NCBI GenBank assembly: GCA_945788675.1 | Contig: CALZMY010000121.1 | Location: forward strand, 1-39,493 | DNA length: 39,493 bases | Source of the DNA: an uncultured Gammaproteobacteria bacterium | GTDB lineage: Bacteria > Pseudomonadota > Gammaproteobacteria > SZUA-140 | Direction of reading: 5' to 3' | Part shown: piece by piece, positions 36,985 to 39,493 of the stretch | Numbering within the stretch: position 1 is the first letter of the stretch | Layout: every line of letters starts with the position of its first letter | Notes under the pieces: generated by a model | What the model was told of the DNA's origin: nothing | Seen by the model: the letters and a program-made list of their open reading frames with translations, nothing else | Database searches by the model: none | Program-made: the position numbers and the translations under genes

Positions 36985-39219
36985 TTGCGATTCAAGCCAA
37001 AAGGGGTAATCCTCGGACTCATTGGCGGACTACTGGGCGCGTTTCTCGGGCTTGGTTCATGGGCGCTTGAGCTGGAAGAAAACACAGGCCTGGAGTGGTT
37101 ATTTCACCAACGTGGCGCGATACAACCCCCGGATGAAATTGCAATCATCGCCATTGACAAGCACTCAGCGGACCAGCTGGGCCTGCCTAACGAGTCTGAA
37201 AAGTGGCCGCGACAATTGCATGCACAACTGGTCACACAACTCGCCACTGCTGGCGTAAAGAGCATTACATTCGACATGCTCTTCAAGACACCGCGCGACC
37301 CAGTAGACGACCACGCCTTCGCCAATGCCGTGGATAGTGCCAATAATGTCATTCTGTTTGAGTTTATGAAAAAAGAGCTGGCCAACGGCACCACAACAGA
37401 TCAGACCATGACCATTCGCAAGCGCATCCAGCCGATACCACCATTAGTTGATGCCGCAGCAGCACTGGCACCCTTTCCGCTCCCCAAGGTGCCGCTTAAA
37501 GTGAGTCAGTTCTGGCGCTTTGCCCCCGATGCAGGGGACGCCCCCACACTGCCCACTACCACGCTACAGCTCTACACACTGGCCGCATACGATGACTTTC
37601 GTACCCTGCTACAACAGGTTGCACCGCAGCATTTAGCACTGTTGCCGGCCACTCAACAGATAATTCTTCAACAGAAAGTACTTGTGCCGTTCATCCATCA
37701 ACTGAAGCGTCTTTTTACAGACCATCCAGCCTTAATGGCAACATTGACTAGCGCGGCAAAACACCCCGCAAATGTGTTTCAACACAGAGACCTGCTGCTC
37801 GCCTTTTTACGCATCTATGATGAGCGTGACAGTCAGTATCTCAATTATTATGGCCCACCACGCACTATCACCACCATTCCATTTCATCAAATCATTCAAA
37901 GTAATAGCACCCCCGAATACCGCTCACAGCTGGCAGCTCTCAAGGGCAAAATCATTTTTGTTGGGTATTCTGCGGAGCTACAGTGGGAACAGAAAGATGG
38001 TTTTTATAGCGTCTATTCACGCGACGATGGGCTCGACATCAGTGGTGTCGAGATCGCGGCCACTGCCACCGCTAATCTATTGCAAGATCGTGCAGTCCAG
38101 CCACTCTCTGCCACCACACACTTTGCCACCCTGCTGCTGTGGGGATTGATCATCGGCATCATCGCCTACCAGCTACCGGCAATCATCGCCACGCTCAGCA
38201 CCCTCATACTCGTCGCTGGTTACTCTACACTGGGACTCTATCAATTCAGCAACGCCCATCTGTGGCTACCACTGTTAATACCACTGCTGATACAGGCGCC
38301 ACTTATCCTGTTTGCTGGCATCATCTGGAAACACCTCGAAACCGTGCGTGAACGCCATAACATTCACCAGGCGTTTAGCCACTACCTGCCAGGACAGGTG
38401 GTAGAACAACTATCAAAAGATAGCTCTCAACTCGCCCCCGGGGGGCAACTACAATATGGCGTCTGTCTCTTCACCGATGCCGCACAGTACACGCGACTCT
38501 CGGAACAGATGTCGCCCGATGCACTCGGCATGTTGATGAACCGTTACTACGCAGCGATATTTGCCCCGATCCATGCCCACCAGGGCAGCATTTCAGATGT
38601 CGTTGGCGATGCTGTGATGGCCCTTTGGCCCAGTACAAAACCCTCCGCTGAGCTGCGTAATGCGGCATGCCATGCGGCGATAGAATTGATCTATGCCATT
38701 GAGCAATTTAATCGCAATAACCCATCACACCAGCTACCGACCCGCATCGGGATACACTGTGGTGAAATCCTGCTAGGCAATGTGGGTGCCGTCGGACGTA
38801 TCGAATATCGGGCCACCGGTGATGTGGTCAACACCACCTCAAGAATCGAGGGCATGAACAAACAGTTTGGCACACGCCTGCTGGTGAGTCATGATGTGCT
38901 GCACGATCAGAGCGATTTTCAACAAAGGCCGCTGGGCAGGTTCATACTCGCCGGGAAATCACGCCCGATCCAACTACACGAACTTATCTGCCGTATCGAT
39001 GACGCCACTGAAAACCAGCGACAACTATGCTCACAGTTCGCCACAGCGCTCGCCCTGTTTCAGCAGGAGAAGTGGCGAGAAGCTCACACATTATTCCGTG
39101 AAATAGCCAGTACCTACAACGATAACGCCTCTCATTATTACCTTAATATATGCCAGAAATTCCAGCACACCCCGCCAGCAGCGCCATGGGATGGCACCAT
39201 CACCATAGAAACCAAGTAA
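36985..39219 (+). CDS. CHASE2-domain class III nucleotidyl (adenylate/guanylate) cyclase
   Basis: CHASE2 motifs IAIIAIDKHS, WPRQLHA, FDMLF, LKGKIIFVG and GVEIAA; three TMs; catalytic FTDAAQYT, VGDAVMA, RIGIHCG, GDVVNTTSRIEG and GKSRPI; C-terminal TPR-like tail ending WDG...ETK. Confidence 0.93.
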   Translation: MRFKPKGVILGLIGGLLGAFLGLGSWALELEENTGLEWLFHQRGAIQPPDEIAIIAIDKHSADQLGLPNESEKWPRQLHAQLVTQLATAGVKSITFDMLFKTPRDPVDDHAFANAVDSANNVILFEFMKKELANGTTTDQTMTIRKRIQPIPPLVDAAAALAPFPLPKVPLKVSQFWRFAPDAGDAPTLPTTTLQLYTLAAYDDFRTLLQQVAPQHLALLPATQQIILQQKVLVPFIHQLKRLFTDHPALMATLTSAAKHPANVFQHRDLLLAFLRIYDERDSQYLNYYGPPRTITTIPFHQIIQSNSTPEYRSQLAALKGKIIFVGYSAELQWEQKDGFYSVYSRDDGLDISGVEIAATATANLLQDRAVQPLSATTHFATLLLWGLIIGIIAYQLPAIIATLSTLILVAGYSTLGLYQFSNAHLWLPLLIPLLIQAPLILFAGIIWKHLETVRERHNIHQAFSHYLPGQVVEQLSKDSSQLAPGGQLQYGVCLFTDAAQYTRLSEQMSPDALGMLMNRYYAAIFAPIHAHQGSISDVVGDAVMALWPSTKPSAELRNAACHAAIELIYAIEQFNRNNPSHQLPTRIGIHCGEILLGNVGAVGRIEYRATGDVVNTTSRIEGMNKQFGTRLLVSHDVLHDQSDFQQRPLGRFILAGKSRPIQLHELICRIDDATENQRQLCSQFATALALFQQEKWREAHTLFREIASTYNDNASHYYLNICQKFQHTPPAAPWDGTITIETK

Positions 39220-39493
39220 AATTATATAGTTACAGTATCTTGCCGAACATTCAGCTTGCACAGCCCCATTTTTTATTTGGCGCTTGTATATAAAATAGAG
39301 GCGCCACCACAGACTAAGCTTTCTATTTAAACAATATTATTCACCTACATTATAAGCCATTGTTAATTAGTCGACCCTGAAAAACCCACAAGCTCCTGAC
39401 CAATAAAGAAAAAGAAGCTGGAATGAGATAAAATAACGTCCAGAAACCGGTGTTAATCGCAGTAAAACTGGACGAAAAGGACAGCGCGGATGA

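Noticed and set aside
39278-39306. TGGCGC...GCGCCA hairpin as the cyclase terminator
   Set aside because: No U-tract follows the stem on either strand.

Overview
A 39.5-kb, gene-dense bacterial window. Gene content and order suggest a gammaproteobacterium; this is inferred, not searched. No rRNA, tRNA, CRISPR array, transposase or prophage gene was recognised. Housekeeping genes: ppsA (5'-truncated by the window edge), acnA, metA, acyP, arsC-wrbA, hda, purM-purN. Accessory blocks: (i) a cell-wall cluster with an NlpC/P60 peptidase, a long Lpp/OprI-type alanine-zipper lipoprotein, a LysM-YkuD-SPOR L,D-transpeptidase behind a sigma54-like promoter, and a YafK/DpaA-like enzyme; (ii) a CBS-GGDEF cyclase and a decayed nine-heme cytochrome c gene (in-frame TGA, frameshift, two Cys-to-Tyr heme motifs) followed by a GTAG-type REP doublet; (iii) a PilZ protein, an orphan CsgG-like protein and a hybrid kinase with a FixL-type heme PAS; (iv) an uncharacterised P-loop kinase-like gene coupled to metA; (v) a cytochrome c551 gene with a PhoP-box-like repeat upstream of phoP/phoQ-like genes; (vi) a divergent Crp-family regulator and CHASE2 class III cyclase. 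In block (vi) both partners carry non-canonical nucleotide-specificity residues, suggesting a cGMP (non-cAMP) signalling system, which is the best candidate for something undescribed. All family calls come from motif recognition by eye.
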